Assembly (NCBI GenBank): GCA_016235055.1
Contig: JACRMK010000066.1
Location: forward strand, 3,728 to 67,727
Reading direction: 5' to 3'
From: Chloroflexota bacterium
GTDB taxonomy: Bacteria; Chloroflexota; Anaerolineae; JACRMK01
DNA: 64,000 nt
The notes below the pieces were generated by a model, which saw only the letters and a program-made list of their open reading frames with translations, made no database searches and was not told the origin of the DNA. Position numbers and translations under genes: made by a program. Of the stretch, positions 46,566 to 57,602 are shown in pieces; position 1 is the stretch's first letter; every line of letters starts with the position of its first letter.

Positions 46566-46956
46566 GCCCTCCCGGTAAACGGTGCGATGCCGTTGGCAAG
46601 CAGTATACGCCGTTTTGCGCCGGCGCTCAAACTATTACGCCGTTCGTGGGGCTACCAGCAGAGTGCCGGTAGCCCTCAAAATATCGAGACCCGAAGGGTT
46701 TCGCCGGCACGGCCTTATCGCGATTGGTCCCTCAGGAACCCTTCGGGTCTGCCTAAACCGAAGCGCGCGGGAAGCGCCGTTTTGTCGGCGCTGCCATTTG
46801 GTGCTATTCTATGGCTAGTGAAGGCTCGCGGTCGTGGGCAGTTGCGCCACGACCGTTTTCTGTGCCTGCCAACCCGGACGGGTCAGAGACCCGTCCCTAC
46901 GCGCTGTTCACCGTTCACTGTTCACTGTCTTCTGACGACTGGCTACTGAGGCTCCC

Positions 46957-48798
<1,842 letters not shown>

Positions 48799-48800
48799 CG

Positions 48801-48832
48801 GAAATCCCAACTCCCAATGTCCAAATCCCAAA
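48801..48832. repeat. CCAAATCCCAAAC-type unit tract (half-hairpin) after typA
   Basis: ATCCCAACTCCCAATGTCCAAATCCCAAAC. Confidence 0.4.
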
Positions 48833-48871
48833 CAGCCCTCCGGGTCAACCCCGCGAGGGCTGTTGTTCTTT
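48833..48871 (+). terminator. intrinsic terminator after typA
   Basis: Stem CAGCCCTC/GAGGGCTG with a 14-nt loop, followed by TTGTTCTTT. Confidence 0.6.
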
Positions 48872-49260
48872 AGCCTGTCATTCTGAGAATATCCATACGG
48901 CCCCACGGTATGCGATGCGGCAGAAACTTAAGCATGGCCTATGCGAGTCGTCATTCCGGCGAAAGCCGGAATCCAGGCGCGCGCATCACGGCCTGTAAGC
49001 GCGCCAGATGTCGGCGTGGATGCCGGCTAACGACATGCCGGCATGACGAATTGGAGTGTGCGATCATGCCCTCAGTGGCGATGAAGTTTCTGAGCAGCGC
49101 AAAAGCATGGCCTCCTGAATCCGGTGCACTTCGCGCGCGAAGGATCTCGAATCTGCAACGGCCATGGCATCTCCGCACCTCGCTGCGCCACAATCGAGAT
49201 GCTTCGCGCATGAAACACACCTGATTCTCTCTGTGCCTCCGTGCCTCTGTGGTTTGCGCT
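48870..49260. repeat. ~390-bp block of degenerate GTCAT(T/C)C(T/C)GAG / CGCGCGAAGGATCTCGAATCTG / GATGCTTCGCGC modules
   Basis: GTCATTCTGAGAAT…, GTCGTCATTCCGGCGAAAGCCGGAATCC, an inverted CACTCCAATTCGTCATGCC, and CTTCGCGCGCGAAGGATCTCGAATCTGCAACGG (near-identical to 20351-20378). Confidence 0.5.
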
Positions 49261-49265
49261 ATGTC

Positions 49266-49685
49266 TTACCCTCGCGCGCGCAGGATTTCCAGTATCCGGC
49301 GGTTCCGCTCCGTTTCCTTGAACCACTCGAACTCCAGCACGTACCCTTCCGGGTCCTGCGCCATAAAGCCGCGCACCTGCGAGCGGTCGCTGTCGTACTT
49401 CGGCATGAAGATCGTCACGCCGTTCGCCACGAGGTGATCGTACCAGCCGTCCGGGTCCTCGGTCACGAACGCGATGATGACCGGCTTGGTGTCCGACGCC
49501 TTCAGCGTGCCGTGCTCGCTGTCCACCAGGCCGATGTACGACTGGTCGGTCACGCGGAAGATCTTGGCAAAGCCCTGATCGACGGTCAGATCGAGTCCCA
49601 TCACGCGTGCGTAGAAATCAGCCGCACGCGCCAGGTCCTTGTAGTAGACGAAAACGATGTTGGCGGAAACGGCCTTACTCGGCAT
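49266..49685 (-). CDS. VOC-family (glyoxalase/bleomycin-resistance/dioxygenase fold) protein
   Basis: …ARVMGLDLTVDQGFAKIF…GYVLEFEW… gives the βαβββ VOC module pattern. Confidence 0.7.
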   Translation of the reverse strand: MPSKAVSANIVFVYYKDLARAADFYARVMGLDLTVDQGFAKIFRVTDQSYIGLVDSEHGTLKASDTKPVIIAFVTEDPDGWYDHLVANGVTIFMPKYDSDRSQVRGFMAQDPEGYVLEFEWFKETERNRRILEILRARG

Positions 49686-49703
49686 CGATACTCCTGTAAG
49701 TCT

Positions 49704-49776
49704 TCAACACAAAGCCACAAAGGCACAAAGAAATCTGAAATGTTCTTGGTGACTTTGTGTCTTGGTGTTGGCTTTT
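49704..49776. repeat. CACAAAG-unit palindromic hairpin (family member)
   Basis: CAACACAAAGCCACAAAGGCACAAAGAAATC … TTGGTGACTTTGTGTCTTGGTGTTGG. Confidence 0.55.
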
Positions 49777-49803
49777 GGTATATGCCCAAGGCTTGCCCTG
49801 GGA

Positions 49804-50232
49804 CTAATCGTCTGCTGCCGCGCGCCGCCGGGCCTTGATCTGGCCGCGCTCCTTCTTCGCCTGTATGCGCCGCTCGCGCGAGGCGCCGGTCGGCGCGGTT
49901 GGGCGGCGCTTCCTCGCCGGCTTCAGCGCGGCGGCCACGAGCGCGACGAAGCGCGCCGTCGCGTCCGCGCGGTTTTCCAGTTGGCTGCGTGTCGCGTGCG
50001 AGACGAGGTGCAGCACGCCGTCGCCGTCGATCCGGTTCGCCAGCTTGCGGAGCAATAGGTCGCGCTGCGTGTCGGACAGCGACGGCGAATGCGCCACGTC
50101 GAACAGCAACTCGACCTGCGTCGCCGTCTTGTTGACGTTCTGCCCGCCGGGACCGCCGCTGCGCGCAAAACGAAAGCGCAACTCGGTTGCCGGCAGGGAC
50201 AGCGCGGGTGTGATCTCCAGCAGTTCAGTCAT
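49804..50232 (-). CDS. arfB: alternative ribosome-rescue factor ArfB (peptidyl-tRNA hydrolase, GGQ motif)
   Basis: RSGGPGGQNVNKTATQVELLFDV and a basic C-terminal tail (KKERGQIKARRR). The start was trimmed and is frame-consistent. Confidence 0.8.
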   Translation of the reverse strand: MTELLEITPALSLPATELRFRFARSGGPGGQNVNKTATQVELLFDVAHSPSLSDTQRDLLLRKLANRIDGDGVLHLVSHATRSQLENRADATARFVALVAAALKPARKRRPTAPTGASRERRIQAKKERGQIKARRRAAADD

Positions 50233-50340
50233 GCTATACCATGGGCCGGCGCGCGGCCAGCCGGTGCTCGATGTCGGGTAGGTGTTGGTGAAGGTGCTCG
50301 ATGGAGCCGTCACTACTTGAGTGCGTCGAACACGCGAAGC

Positions 50341-50412
50341 GTAGCATAAGTGTTTGCATAAAGCAAACCTGCGGGGAAATACCGGGCCAGGTGATTGACC
50401 TGGGTTTTTCTT
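50341..50412 (+). promoter_or_regulatory. candidate promoter TTGACC-N17-TAAGAT for the CDF transporter gene, with two palindromes (GTTTGC-ATAAA-GCAAAC and CCAGGT-N5-ACCTGG, the latter overlapping the -35)
   Basis: Both palindromes and both hexamers are seen directly. It lies ~60 nt upstream of the ATG. Confidence 0.45.
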
Positions 50413-50470
50413 TGTGATAAGATGCCGCGTGACGCTGGCTCACTATGACCATTGCAGCCTGGAGAACCAC

Positions 50471-51613
50471 ATGTCCGACATGCCGGAGCATAGCCACTTA
50501 CACGACGAAGGCCATGCTCATCCACACGATGGCGGCCACGCCCATCCACACGACGAAGGCCATCCTCACCCGCATGAGCATAGCCATGATCACGGCCACT
50601 CGCACGGACACGGCGTGCTGGCGACTCTGCGCGAGGCGATCCCGTTTCTGCACGGCCATAGCCACGGCGAAGTGAATATCGACAATGCGCTCGAAACGAG
50701 CGCGCGCGGCATATGGGCGCTCAAAGTCTCGCTGGTTGGCCTGGGCATCACCGCGGTATTCCAAGTGGTGATCGTCATGATTAGCGGAAGCGTCGCCCTG
50801 CTGGCGGACACGATTCACAACTTCTCCGACGCACTGACCGCCGTGCCGCTCGGCATTGCGTTTGTGCTGGGGCGCCGCGCGGCAAGCCGGCGCTATACCT
50901 ACGGCTACGGACGCGCCGAGGACATCGCGGGAGTCATCATCGTTGGCATGATCTTTGCCAGCGCGGTGATCGCGGGCTACGAAACCTACCTCAAATTTGT
51001 CAGCCCGGAGCCGCTGCGTAACGTCGAATGGGTCATCGTGGCCGCGATTGTCGGGTTTATCGGCAACGAAGCGGTGGCCATCTTCCGCATCCGCGTTGGG
51101 CGCGAGATCGGATCGGCCGCACTGATTGCCGACGGTCAGCATGCACGCATTGATGGTCTGACTTCGCTGGCCGTCCTGTTCGGAGCGGTCGGCAGTCTGA
51201 TGGGCTTCCCGCTGGCTGATCCGCTTATCGGCTTGTTGATTTCGGCCACGATTCTACTGATCGTCAAGGACACGGCGGTCATCATGTGGCGCCGGCTCAT
51301 GGATGCGGTGGATCCGGCCGTTGTGAGCGCGATTGAACAGACCGCCGCCGGGGTGCCCGGCGTCCAGGATGTGCATGCCGTACGCGTGCGGTGGGTCGGG
51401 CACAAGCTGCACACTGAGTTGCATGTCGCTATCGATGAAGACCTGACCACGCGAGAGGCTCATCGGATCGTCGAGGAAGTGCGCCACGCGTTGTTCCACA
51501 GCCAGGCGCGCTTGACCGGCATCAATGTGCATGCCGATCCATGCGGGCACGGCGGAGAAGACACTCACGCCATTAACGCGCACCACGAGCAGCGCGCACT
51601 TTCCCCTATGTAG
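50471..51613 (+). CDS. cation diffusion facilitator (CDF) family divalent-metal efflux transporter with a His-rich N-terminal extension
   Basis: HSHLHDEGHAHPHDGGHAHPHDEGHPHPHEHSHDHGHSHGHG, then CDF TM signature (…ADTIHNFSDAL…) and a C-terminal cytoplasmic domain. Confidence 0.85.
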   Translation: MSDMPEHSHLHDEGHAHPHDGGHAHPHDEGHPHPHEHSHDHGHSHGHGVLATLREAIPFLHGHSHGEVNIDNALETSARGIWALKVSLVGLGITAVFQVVIVMISGSVALLADTIHNFSDALTAVPLGIAFVLGRRAASRRYTYGYGRAEDIAGVIIVGMIFASAVIAGYETYLKFVSPEPLRNVEWVIVAAIVGFIGNEAVAIFRIRVGREIGSAALIADGQHARIDGLTSLAVLFGAVGSLMGFPLADPLIGLLISATILLIVKDTAVIMWRRLMDAVDPAVVSAIEQTAAGVPGVQDVHAVRVRWVGHKLHTELHVAIDEDLTTREAHRIVEEVRHALFHSQARLTGINVHADPCGHGGEDTHAINAHHEQRALSPM

Positions 51614-51622
51614 AGCAGGCAG

Positions 51623-52135
51623 TTATCGACTGGCCTTCCCGCGCGCAGCCAGCCAGCGCTCGATGTCAGGCAGGTGCTGCTGGCGATGCTCGACGGAGTC
51701 GTTGACGATGCACTGCCAGAGCGCCTGCGGACGCCCCCAGCGCGGCACGACAAACCAGGCGCTCGCCTCGGCGTCGTTGAGATCGGCGTAACTCAGCGCG
51801 GCGACACGCGCTTCCAGGTCGGCGGCGGTCTGCGCATACTCCTGCGCGACCTCGGCGGCCGGGCGTCCGTGATTGGCTGCGTACACGACCGCGTTACGCG
51901 CGTCGAGGTCCGGCCGATCGACCACCGGATCGACATAGACACGCCCCGCGCCTGCCACATCGAGCCAAGTCACCAGCGCGCGCTCATACGCCAGCAGATG
52001 CGCGACGATGTCCTTGAGCGAGTAGTCATCGGATACGCCGGGTGCGTCCATGCCATCCTGGCCGGCGGCATCGATCAACGCTTGGAGGTGCTTGCGTGTA
52101 TCGCGCAGCAGCGACAGTAGTTGTGCTGTGTCCAT
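51623..52135 (-). CDS. DinB/YfiT-like (DinB_2 superfamily) protein
   Basis: A four-helix-bundle family pattern with …DIVAHLLAYE… and a C-terminal HRQQH metal-ligand-like motif. Confidence 0.6.
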   Translation of the reverse strand: MDTAQLLSLLRDTRKHLQALIDAAGQDGMDAPGVSDDYSLKDIVAHLLAYERALVTWLDVAGAGRVYVDPVVDRPDLDARNAVVYAANHGRPAAEVAQEYAQTAADLEARVAALSYADLNDAEASAWFVVPRWGRPQALWQCIVNDSVEHRQQHLPDIERWLAARGKASR

Positions 52136-52169
52136 ATGGTCAAGCCAGCCTGATGTCCCGCGAAGAATA

Positions 52170-52598
52170 TCAGCGCAAAGCGTCCTGAACGGCCTTCAAC
52201 AGCGGGTAGATGTGCGGCTCGTAGAATCCCGGCTCCCACGCTTCTTCATCGTAGAGGGGATACCACCCCAGCGCATCGATCGTGTGGGTCGCGCTGTTTT
52301 CAGCCTCGTGCCCCGCGACTGCCTCGCCGGACTGCGTCGTGCACAGGTAGGTTGCGTACGCTCGGTATTGGTACGCACGACTCGCATCCTCAATTTCAAA
52401 CAACAACCGCTCAACCGATACGGTCAGGCGTGTCTCCTCGTGCAACTCACGCGCGACGCAGGCTTCGCGGCTTTCGCCGGCTTCGAGCCCACCGCCCGGC
52501 AGCCACCAGTATTCGACACCTGTCCGGTGATTGGTGTGGCGGACGAGCAGCAGACGCCCGTCGCGCATCACCACGCCCTGGCATCGCGTATCTCTCAC
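52170..52598 (-). CDS. NUDIX hydrolase
   Basis: PGGGLEAGESREACVARELHEETRL is the Nudix box GX5EX7REUXEEXGU. Confidence 0.8.
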   Translation of the reverse strand: MRDTRCQGVVMRDGRLLLVRHTNHRTGVEYWWLPGGGLEAGESREACVARELHEETRLTVSVERLLFEIEDASRAYQYRAYATYLCTTQSGEAVAGHEAENSATHTIDALGWYPLYDEEAWEPGFYEPHIYPLLKAVQDALR

Positions 52599-52635
52599 CG
52601 GATCGTCCTTGTTATCGACGCTGAATTGACCACCG

Positions 52636-53826
52636 CTATATGAGTCGCTCGACCGCCCGCGTCATCGTCTCGATCTCCGCGTCGGTGTTGAACGCGTGTA
52701 CCGAGGCGCGCACAATCGCCGTCAGGCCGCGCGCCTGCATGTCGAGCATCGTGCCGCGGTCGGTCGTCGTCGTGACGTTGATGCGCGGCGTGTGCGCCGC
52801 CAGCGCGGCGCGCACCTCGTTCGGCGTCTTCCCGCGCACGCTGAACGTCACGATGCCGGACTTGACCGGCCCCGCGTCGGTAACCGTCACGCCGTCGATT
52901 TGCGCCAGCCGCGCGCGAAGCGCACCTGACACCTGCTGGATGCGCGCCCAGATGGCGTCCATGCCGAGCGACAGCGCGTAATCCACCGCCGCGCCCATGC
53001 CGAGCTTCGCGGCGACGTTGTACTCCCAGTTCTCGAAGCGGCGCGCGCCCGGCGCGATCGTAAACGTGTCCGGCGTCTCCAGCGTCGCGGCGTGCAGGTC
53101 GAGCAGCACCGGCTCCAGCCGGTCGGCCAGCTCGCGCTCGACGTACAGGAAGCCCATGCCGCGCGGCCCGCGCAGGTACTTGCGGCTGGTGGCCGAGAGC
53201 ATGTGGCAACCGATGCGCCGCACGTCGAGCGGCACCTGCCCCGCGCCCTGGCAGGCGTCGAGCAGGAACCAGACGCCGGCCGCGCGCGCCGCCGCGCCAA
53301 TCGCCTCGACCGGCTGCACCGGCCCGCCGTTCGTGCCGATCATCGGCAGCGAGACCAGCCGCACGCGCTTGTCCGCCAGCATCGCGCGCAGCGCGGCGAC
53401 CGAGACCTGCCCCTGCTCGTCGTTCGGGATGACGCGCACCTCGACGCCGAGCCGCCGCTTCATCTGGAGGTACGGGATGTAGTTGCCGGCGTACTCGTTG
53501 GCCGCCGTCAGGATCACGTCGCCCGCCCTCAGCGGCAGCGTGTAGAACGCCATGTCCCACGCGCGCGTCGCGTTCTCGACGACGGCGATCTCGGCGGGAT
53601 CGGCGTTCAGCAGGCGGCCAATCGAGCGGTAGACGCCGTCCAGCCGCTCATGCGCCTCATCGGCCGACTCGTAGCCGCCGATCTCCGACTCGCGCCGCAG
53701 GTGCGCCGCGACCGTCTCCACGACCACGCGCGGCATCAGCGACGCGCCCGCGCTATTGAAATGAATGACACTTTCCACGTTGGGCGTGTCGGCGCGTAGT
53801 TTGTTGATATCGAGCATGAACGTCAC
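52636..53826 (-). CDS. class V aminotransferase / cysteine desulfurase-like PLP enzyme
   Basis: …HMLSATSRKYLRGPRGMGFLYV gives the PLP-lysine region and fold type I pattern. Confidence 0.8.
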   Translation of the reverse strand: MTFMLDINKLRADTPNVESVIHFNSAGASLMPRVVVETVAAHLRRESEIGGYESADEAHERLDGVYRSIGRLLNADPAEIAVVENATRAWDMAFYTLPLRAGDVILTAANEYAGNYIPYLQMKRRLGVEVRVIPNDEQGQVSVAALRAMLADKRVRLVSLPMIGTNGGPVQPVEAIGAAARAAGVWFLLDACQGAGQVPLDVRRIGCHMLSATSRKYLRGPRGMGFLYVERELADRLEPVLLDLHAATLETPDTFTIAPGARRFENWEYNVAAKLGMGAAVDYALSLGMDAIWARIQQVSGALRARLAQIDGVTVTDAGPVKSGIVTFSVRGKTPNEVRAALAAHTPRINVTTTTDRGTMLDMQARGLTAIVRASVHAFNTDAEIETMTRAVERLI

Positions 53827-53950
53827 CTTTCAGGCATGTCAGGACGGCCGGTGTACACCTCGCGGGTTTTTGAAACCCGCGAGGTGTTGCTGTGCGCATA
53901 GTACCACACTCGCCGCTGTGGCGCAATCGGCGGTAAAATATACGAGTCCC

Positions 53951-55756
53951 ATGCTCAAATTTCTCTGGGCCATGCGCCCCTACTTCCGGCAGGTCGCCGG
54001 CGAACTCCTGCTCGGCTCACTGGCGGGCATCCTGATGAACACGGCGGTCGTCCTGCCCGCGATCATGCTGGGCCGAGCGATTGACACCGCGCTGGCGTAT
54101 TCGCGCGGCGAGGCCGGCGGCGACGCACTGCTGATGGCCGCGCTCGCCTTCATCGGCGGCACGCTGGCGACCGAGTTCCCGCGCATCTTCAAGCGCTGGT
54201 TCCTGATCACCGCCAACGCCCGCATCCGCGCCAACCTGCGCGCCGACCTGCTGCGCGGCGCGCTCGGCTGGCCGATGGAGCGCGTGCACCAGACGCCGAT
54301 CGGCGACACGATGGCGCGCATCATCGGCGATGTCGAGACGCTGAGCCTCGGCGTGCGCCGCTTCACCATCGAGACGTGGGACACGCTCCTGTTCTCGATC
54401 TCGTTCGTCATCGCCATGCTCTGGTTCGACGCCGGGCTGACGCTGATCGTGCTGAGCACCACGCCGCTGGCCGTCGTGCTGTCGTACGCCAGCGGCCGCT
54501 GGGTGCGCGCCCGCACGACCAGGGCGCGCCAGGCCAACGCTGCATATATCGCTGCCCTGCAGGAACGGCTGGCCGGCGTGCGCGTGCTGCGGCTGTTTGG
54601 CCGCGCCGAGGCGGCCGTCACGCATGTGGCCGGGCTGTCGCAGGCGCAGGCCGAGGCCAACCTCGCCAGCGAGCGGCTACGCCTCACGATGCAGCCGGTC
54701 TATTACTTCTTCATGGTGCTCGGCTCCGTGCTGCTCGTCTGGCAGGGTGGCGAGCGCGTGCTGGCCGGCGCCATGACTGTCGGCGGCTTCGTCGCCTACG
54801 TCGAGCTCTACCTGCGGGCCGTCAATCGCGGCCTGCGCGAACTGCCGGTCGTCGTCAACCAACTGCAGGCCAGCGTCGCGGTCTACGCGCGCCTGCAATC
54901 GATGCTGACCCGGCCGCTGGCGATGCGCGGCGAGCCACAACTCGCGTCGTTCCGCCCCGATCATGTCGTCGGGTTGGGCGCGCCGCCCCCCGCCGCGGCC
55001 GGCGTGCAGCCAGGCGGCGCGGCGCCGGTCGCCGTGCGCGACGTCACTTTCCGCTTCCCGGGCGCGCCCGTGCCCGCGCTCAACGGCCTCTCGCTCGACA
55101 TTCCGGCCGGCGCGTTCATCGCCGTCACCGGCCCGATCGGCTCCGGCAAGTCGGCGCTGGCGCGCGCCCTGCTCGGACTCTACCCGCTCGAAGCCGGCTG
55201 CATCGAGATCGGCGGCGCGCGGCGCATCGGCTACCTGCCGCAGGAGCCGTTCCTGTTCTCCGGCAGCGTGCGCGAAAACATCCTGTTCGGCGCGCCGGGC
55301 GACGACGGGCTGGAGCGCACCGTGGAACTCGCCGCGCTCGCGCCCGACGTGCGCGACTTCGCGCAGGGGCTCGACACGCCGATCGGCGAGCTCGGCGTGC
55401 GCGTCTCCGGCGGGCAGCGCCAGCGCATCGCGCTGGCCCGCGCGCTCGCCGCCTTCGCGCCGGACGCGCCCGGCCTGCTCGTGCTCGACGACCCGTTCTC
55501 GGCGGTCGACGTGACGACCGAGGCGCAGTTGATCGCGTCGCTGCGCGAGGCGTTCGGCCCCGACTCGCCGCCGGAGCGCCGCGCCACGATCGTGCTCTGC
55601 TCGCACCGCCTGGCGGCGTTCCCGCACGCCGACCGGATCATCGTGCTGGACGGCGGGCGCATCGTGGAGCAGGGCACGCACGGCGAGTTGATGCAGTCGA
55701 GCGGGCTTTACACGCGCATCTTCACCGCGCAGCAGCAAGTCGAGGCGCGCGCATGA
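53951..55756 (+). CDS. ABC transporter permease/ATP-binding protein (exporter half-transporter)
   Basis: Six-TM exporter domain, then GPIGSGKS (Walker A), LSGGQRQRIALARAL (signature) and LLVLDDPFSAVD (Walker B). The start was trimmed and is frame-consistent. Confidence 0.85.
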   Translation: MLKFLWAMRPYFRQVAGELLLGSLAGILMNTAVVLPAIMLGRAIDTALAYSRGEAGGDALLMAALAFIGGTLATEFPRIFKRWFLITANARIRANLRADLLRGALGWPMERVHQTPIGDTMARIIGDVETLSLGVRRFTIETWDTLLFSISFVIAMLWFDAGLTLIVLSTTPLAVVLSYASGRWVRARTTRARQANAAYIAALQERLAGVRVLRLFGRAEAAVTHVAGLSQAQAEANLASERLRLTMQPVYYFFMVLGSVLLVWQGGERVLAGAMTVGGFVAYVELYLRAVNRGLRELPVVVNQLQASVAVYARLQSMLTRPLAMRGEPQLASFRPDHVVGLGAPPPAAAGVQPGGAAPVAVRDVTFRFPGAPVPALNGLSLDIPAGAFIAVTGPIGSGKSALARALLGLYPLEAGCIEIGGARRIGYLPQEPFLFSGSVRENILFGAPGDDGLERTVELAALAPDVRDFAQGLDTPIGELGVRVSGGQRQRIALARALAAFAPDAPGLLVLDDPFSAVDVTTEAQLIASLREAFGPDSPPERRATIVLCSHRLAAFPHADRIIVLDGGRIVEQGTHGELMQSSGLYTRIFTAQQQVEARA

Positions 55757-57498
55757 TCGCCGATCTGCTGCGCCCGCGCCGTATACTGCTCGCCGCCACG
55801 GCGCTGTTGTTCCTGCTCGCCCAAGCGCTCGACACACTGCCGCCGCTGATCATCGGCGCGATCGTGGACGGGCCGCTCACACGCGGCGATACCGGCGCGC
55901 TCTGGTCGCTCGCCTGGCTCTACTTCGGCGCGACGGTCGGCACGCGCGCCATGAACGGTTTGGCGATCTATCTGACGGCGGTCGCCGCGCAGAGCGCGCT
56001 GCACGACCTGCGCGTGACGCTCTTCCGGCGCCTGCAGCGCCTGCCGATGCGCTACTATGACCGCACGCCGCTCGGCGACATCATCAGCCGCGGCACGGCC
56101 GACGTCGAGACGGTCGATGCGCTGTTCACCTCCGGCGTGGCCACCCTCGTGTCGAGCCTGTTCAGCCTCGTGACCATTTCCATCGCGCTCGCTTTCCTGA
56201 GCCTGCCACTCACGCTGTTGACGGCATTACTGACGCCGGTGGTTGTCGTTATTACGCAGTTCTTCCGCCTGCGCGTGCGCGAAGCGGAGAACGCTAACCG
56301 GGTGTCGCTCGGGCTGGTCAACACGCATCTGCAGGAGATCCTCGGCGGCATCGAGGTGATACGCGCTTTCGGCCGCGAGCACACGTTTATCGCGCGCTTC
56401 CGCGCCGCCCTGCACCGCAACCTGCTGGCGTACAATCGCGCGACGGCGTACAACTCGTTCTACCCGCCGCTGATGTCGATGCTGTCGTCGCTGATCGCGG
56501 CCGGGCTGCTCTGGCTCGGCGCCAGCAACGCGCTGGCCTCGCTCGGCGTCAGCATCGGCACATTGACGGCGTTCGTCCTGCTGTTCCGCCGCTTCTTCGC
56601 CGTGCTCATCGACCTGGGCGACGAATGGCAGACGGTGCAGAGCGCGCTGTCCGGCCTCCAGCGCATCCGCGAGGTGCTGTCGGAGCCGGTTGACGTGATT
56701 CTGCCCGCCGCGCCGATGCCGGCCAACGCCGTGCCGGGCGCGGTCACGCTGGATGGCGTGACGTTCGGCTATCTCGACGGCCGCCCGGTACTACACGGCC
56801 TGTCGCTCGCCGTCGGACCCGGCGAGCATGTGGCGGTGGTCGGCCGCACCGGCGCGGGCAAGACGAGCGCCCTGCACCTGCTCGCCGGGCTGTACGCGCC
56901 GTGGACGGGCACTGTGCGTGTCGCGGGCCGCGACCCCGCCGCCGTGCCGCCGGACGGGCGACGGCGGCTGGTCGGCGTTGTGCCGCAGCAGGTGCAGCTG
57001 TTCGGCGGCACCGTGCACGACAACCTGACGCTCGGCGATACGGCGGTGCCGCGCGCCGACGTGGAGCGCGCCGCGCGCATCGCCGGGGCCGACGCGTTCA
57101 TCCGCGCGCTACCGCAGGGTTACGACACGCCATTGAGCGGCGCGGGGCGCGGCGGCGGCGCGCAACTTTCGGCCGGGCAGCGGCAACTGCTGGCGCTGGC
57201 GCGCGCGCTGGTCTGGAACCCGCAGCTGCTCCTGCTCGACGAGGCGACGGCCGCGGTGGACAACGCAAGCGAGGCGGCGTTCCGCGAATCACTGCGCGCC
57301 GATCTCTCGGCCGGGCGGCGCGCCGTCGTCACCGTCGCGCACCGACTCTCGACCGCGCGCGAGGCCGACCGCGTGATCGTGATGGAAGCGGGGCGCGTCG
57401 TCGAGGAAGGCGCGCCGCGCGAGTTGATCGCGCGCGGCGGGCGCTTCGCCGCGTTGGTCGAGCTCGAGGCCGCCGGCTGGGACTGGCAGGCCACTTAA
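55753..57498 (+). CDS. ABC transporter permease/ATP-binding protein, partner half-transporter
   Basis: GRTGAGKTS (Walker A), LSAGQRQLLALARAL and LLLLDEATAAVD. ATGA overlap with the upstream gene. The long N-terminal extension of the track ORF is rejected. Confidence 0.85.
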   Translation: MIADLLRPRRILLAATALLFLLAQALDTLPPLIIGAIVDGPLTRGDTGALWSLAWLYFGATVGTRAMNGLAIYLTAVAAQSALHDLRVTLFRRLQRLPMRYYDRTPLGDIISRGTADVETVDALFTSGVATLVSSLFSLVTISIALAFLSLPLTLLTALLTPVVVVITQFFRLRVREAENANRVSLGLVNTHLQEILGGIEVIRAFGREHTFIARFRAALHRNLLAYNRATAYNSFYPPLMSMLSSLIAAGLLWLGASNALASLGVSIGTLTAFVLLFRRFFAVLIDLGDEWQTVQSALSGLQRIREVLSEPVDVILPAAPMPANAVPGAVTLDGVTFGYLDGRPVLHGLSLAVGPGEHVAVVGRTGAGKTSALHLLAGLYAPWTGTVRVAGRDPAAVPPDGRRRLVGVVPQQVQLFGGTVHDNLTLGDTAVPRADVERAARIAGADAFIRALPQGYDTPLSGAGRGGGAQLSAGQRQLLALARALVWNPQLLLLDEATAAVDNASEAAFRESLRADLSAGRRAVVTVAHRLSTAREADRVIVMEAGRVVEEGAPRELIARGGRFAALVELEAAGWDWQAT

Positions 57499-57506
57499 AA
57501 GCGTTT

Positions 57507-57574
57507 ACCGCAGAGAACGCAAAGAGCGCAGAGAAGAACCTTTCTATCTTTGCGTGCTCTGCGCTCTCTGCGGT
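57507..57574. repeat. palindromic hairpin, G/C-substituted variant of the CACAAAG-unit family
   Basis: ACCGCAGAGAACGCAAAGAGCGCAGAGAAGAA … TCTTTGCGTGCTCTGCGCTCTCTGCGGT. Confidence 0.55.
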
Positions 57575-57602
57575 TAGCTGGTTTTGGAATAAGGGGGAGT
57601 AT

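Noticed and set aside
46222-46578. 118-aa plus-strand ORF and 84-aa minus-strand ORF in the island tail.
   Set aside because: They overlap each other and have poor RBS context and no recognisable domains. The minus ORF is kept only as a very low-confidence feature.
54376-55752. Very long N-terminal extensions in track ORFs (54376..57498, 56901..58532, 31878..33500, 14726..16078, 16115..17785, 28556..29641).
   Set aside because: The extensions overlap upstream genes or intergenic repeats and lack similarity. Internal starts with RBS and homology were used instead.
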